Shown: piece by piece, positions 63,780 through 64,000 of the stretch | Position numbering within the stretch: position 1 is the stretch's first letter | How the letters are laid out: every line of letters starts with the position of its first letter | Assembly: GCF_037042905.1 (NCBI RefSeq) | Contig: NC_087247.1 | Coordinates: forward strand, 22,816,001-22,880,000 | Reading direction: 5' to 3' | DNA length: 64,000 nucleotides | DNA from: Lytechinus pictus | Taxonomy: Eukaryota | The notes under the pieces: generated by a model | What the model saw: the letters and a program-made list of their open reading frames with translations, nothing else | Databases searched by the model: none | Told to the model about the DNA's origin: nothing | Position numbers and translations under genes: made by a program

Positions 63780-63910
63780 ATTACATTCCAACCTGAAAAC
63801 TGGACATTCTAAGCATTTTTATGACCAGGAAAGGGGTGAGTACTTCACTACATAATAACTGAGGCGAGCGCGAAGCGCGAGCAAAATATAATTTTGATTT
63901 TCTAACCTGC
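63780..63910 (-). repeat. Further unit(s) of the GCGAGCGCGAAGCGCGAGC array family
   Basis: ACCTGAAAACTGGACATTCTAAGCA and GCGAGCGCGAAGCGCGAGC match the 54600-55330 units. Confidence 0.7.
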
Positions 63911-64000
63911 AATGTATTATGTTGTATCTGGAGGTTATTCACATGTGACCAACATACAGTCCCCAACATTTGTGATCCATTTGCTCGATCAGGCAGCAAT

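Overview
AT-rich eukaryotic (animal) genomic DNA dense in repeats; the repeat style suggests a marine invertebrate such as a sea urchin, which is inference only. The only host genes I can support are two tandem, minus-strand, intron-containing paralogs of the SLC10 (Na+/bile-acid symporter, BASS) family. Copy A has exons 19190-18877, 12154-11944 and 11062-10544 (347 aa). Copy B has exons 50059-49752, 48596-48386 and 46667-46149 and needs further upstream exon(s). They share exon phases and the 211-nt and 519-nt exon lengths, but are only about half identical by eye. Both have replaced the canonical Na+-site motifs (CPGGxxSN and ExGxQN) with identical alternatives (CPVSPFC and SLAVGTPNWFIA) and carry two shared intramembrane glutamates. 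This points to a functionally divergent SLC10 subfamily and is the most interesting signal in the window. The rest is a mosaic of two L1/Tx1-type LINEs, two tRNA-headed SINEs, many often nested non-autonomous DNA transposons (Kolobok-, hAT-, Tc1/mariner-, Harbinger- and Helentron-like), minisatellites and microsatellites. There is no CRISPR array, no rRNA and no convincing true tRNA.
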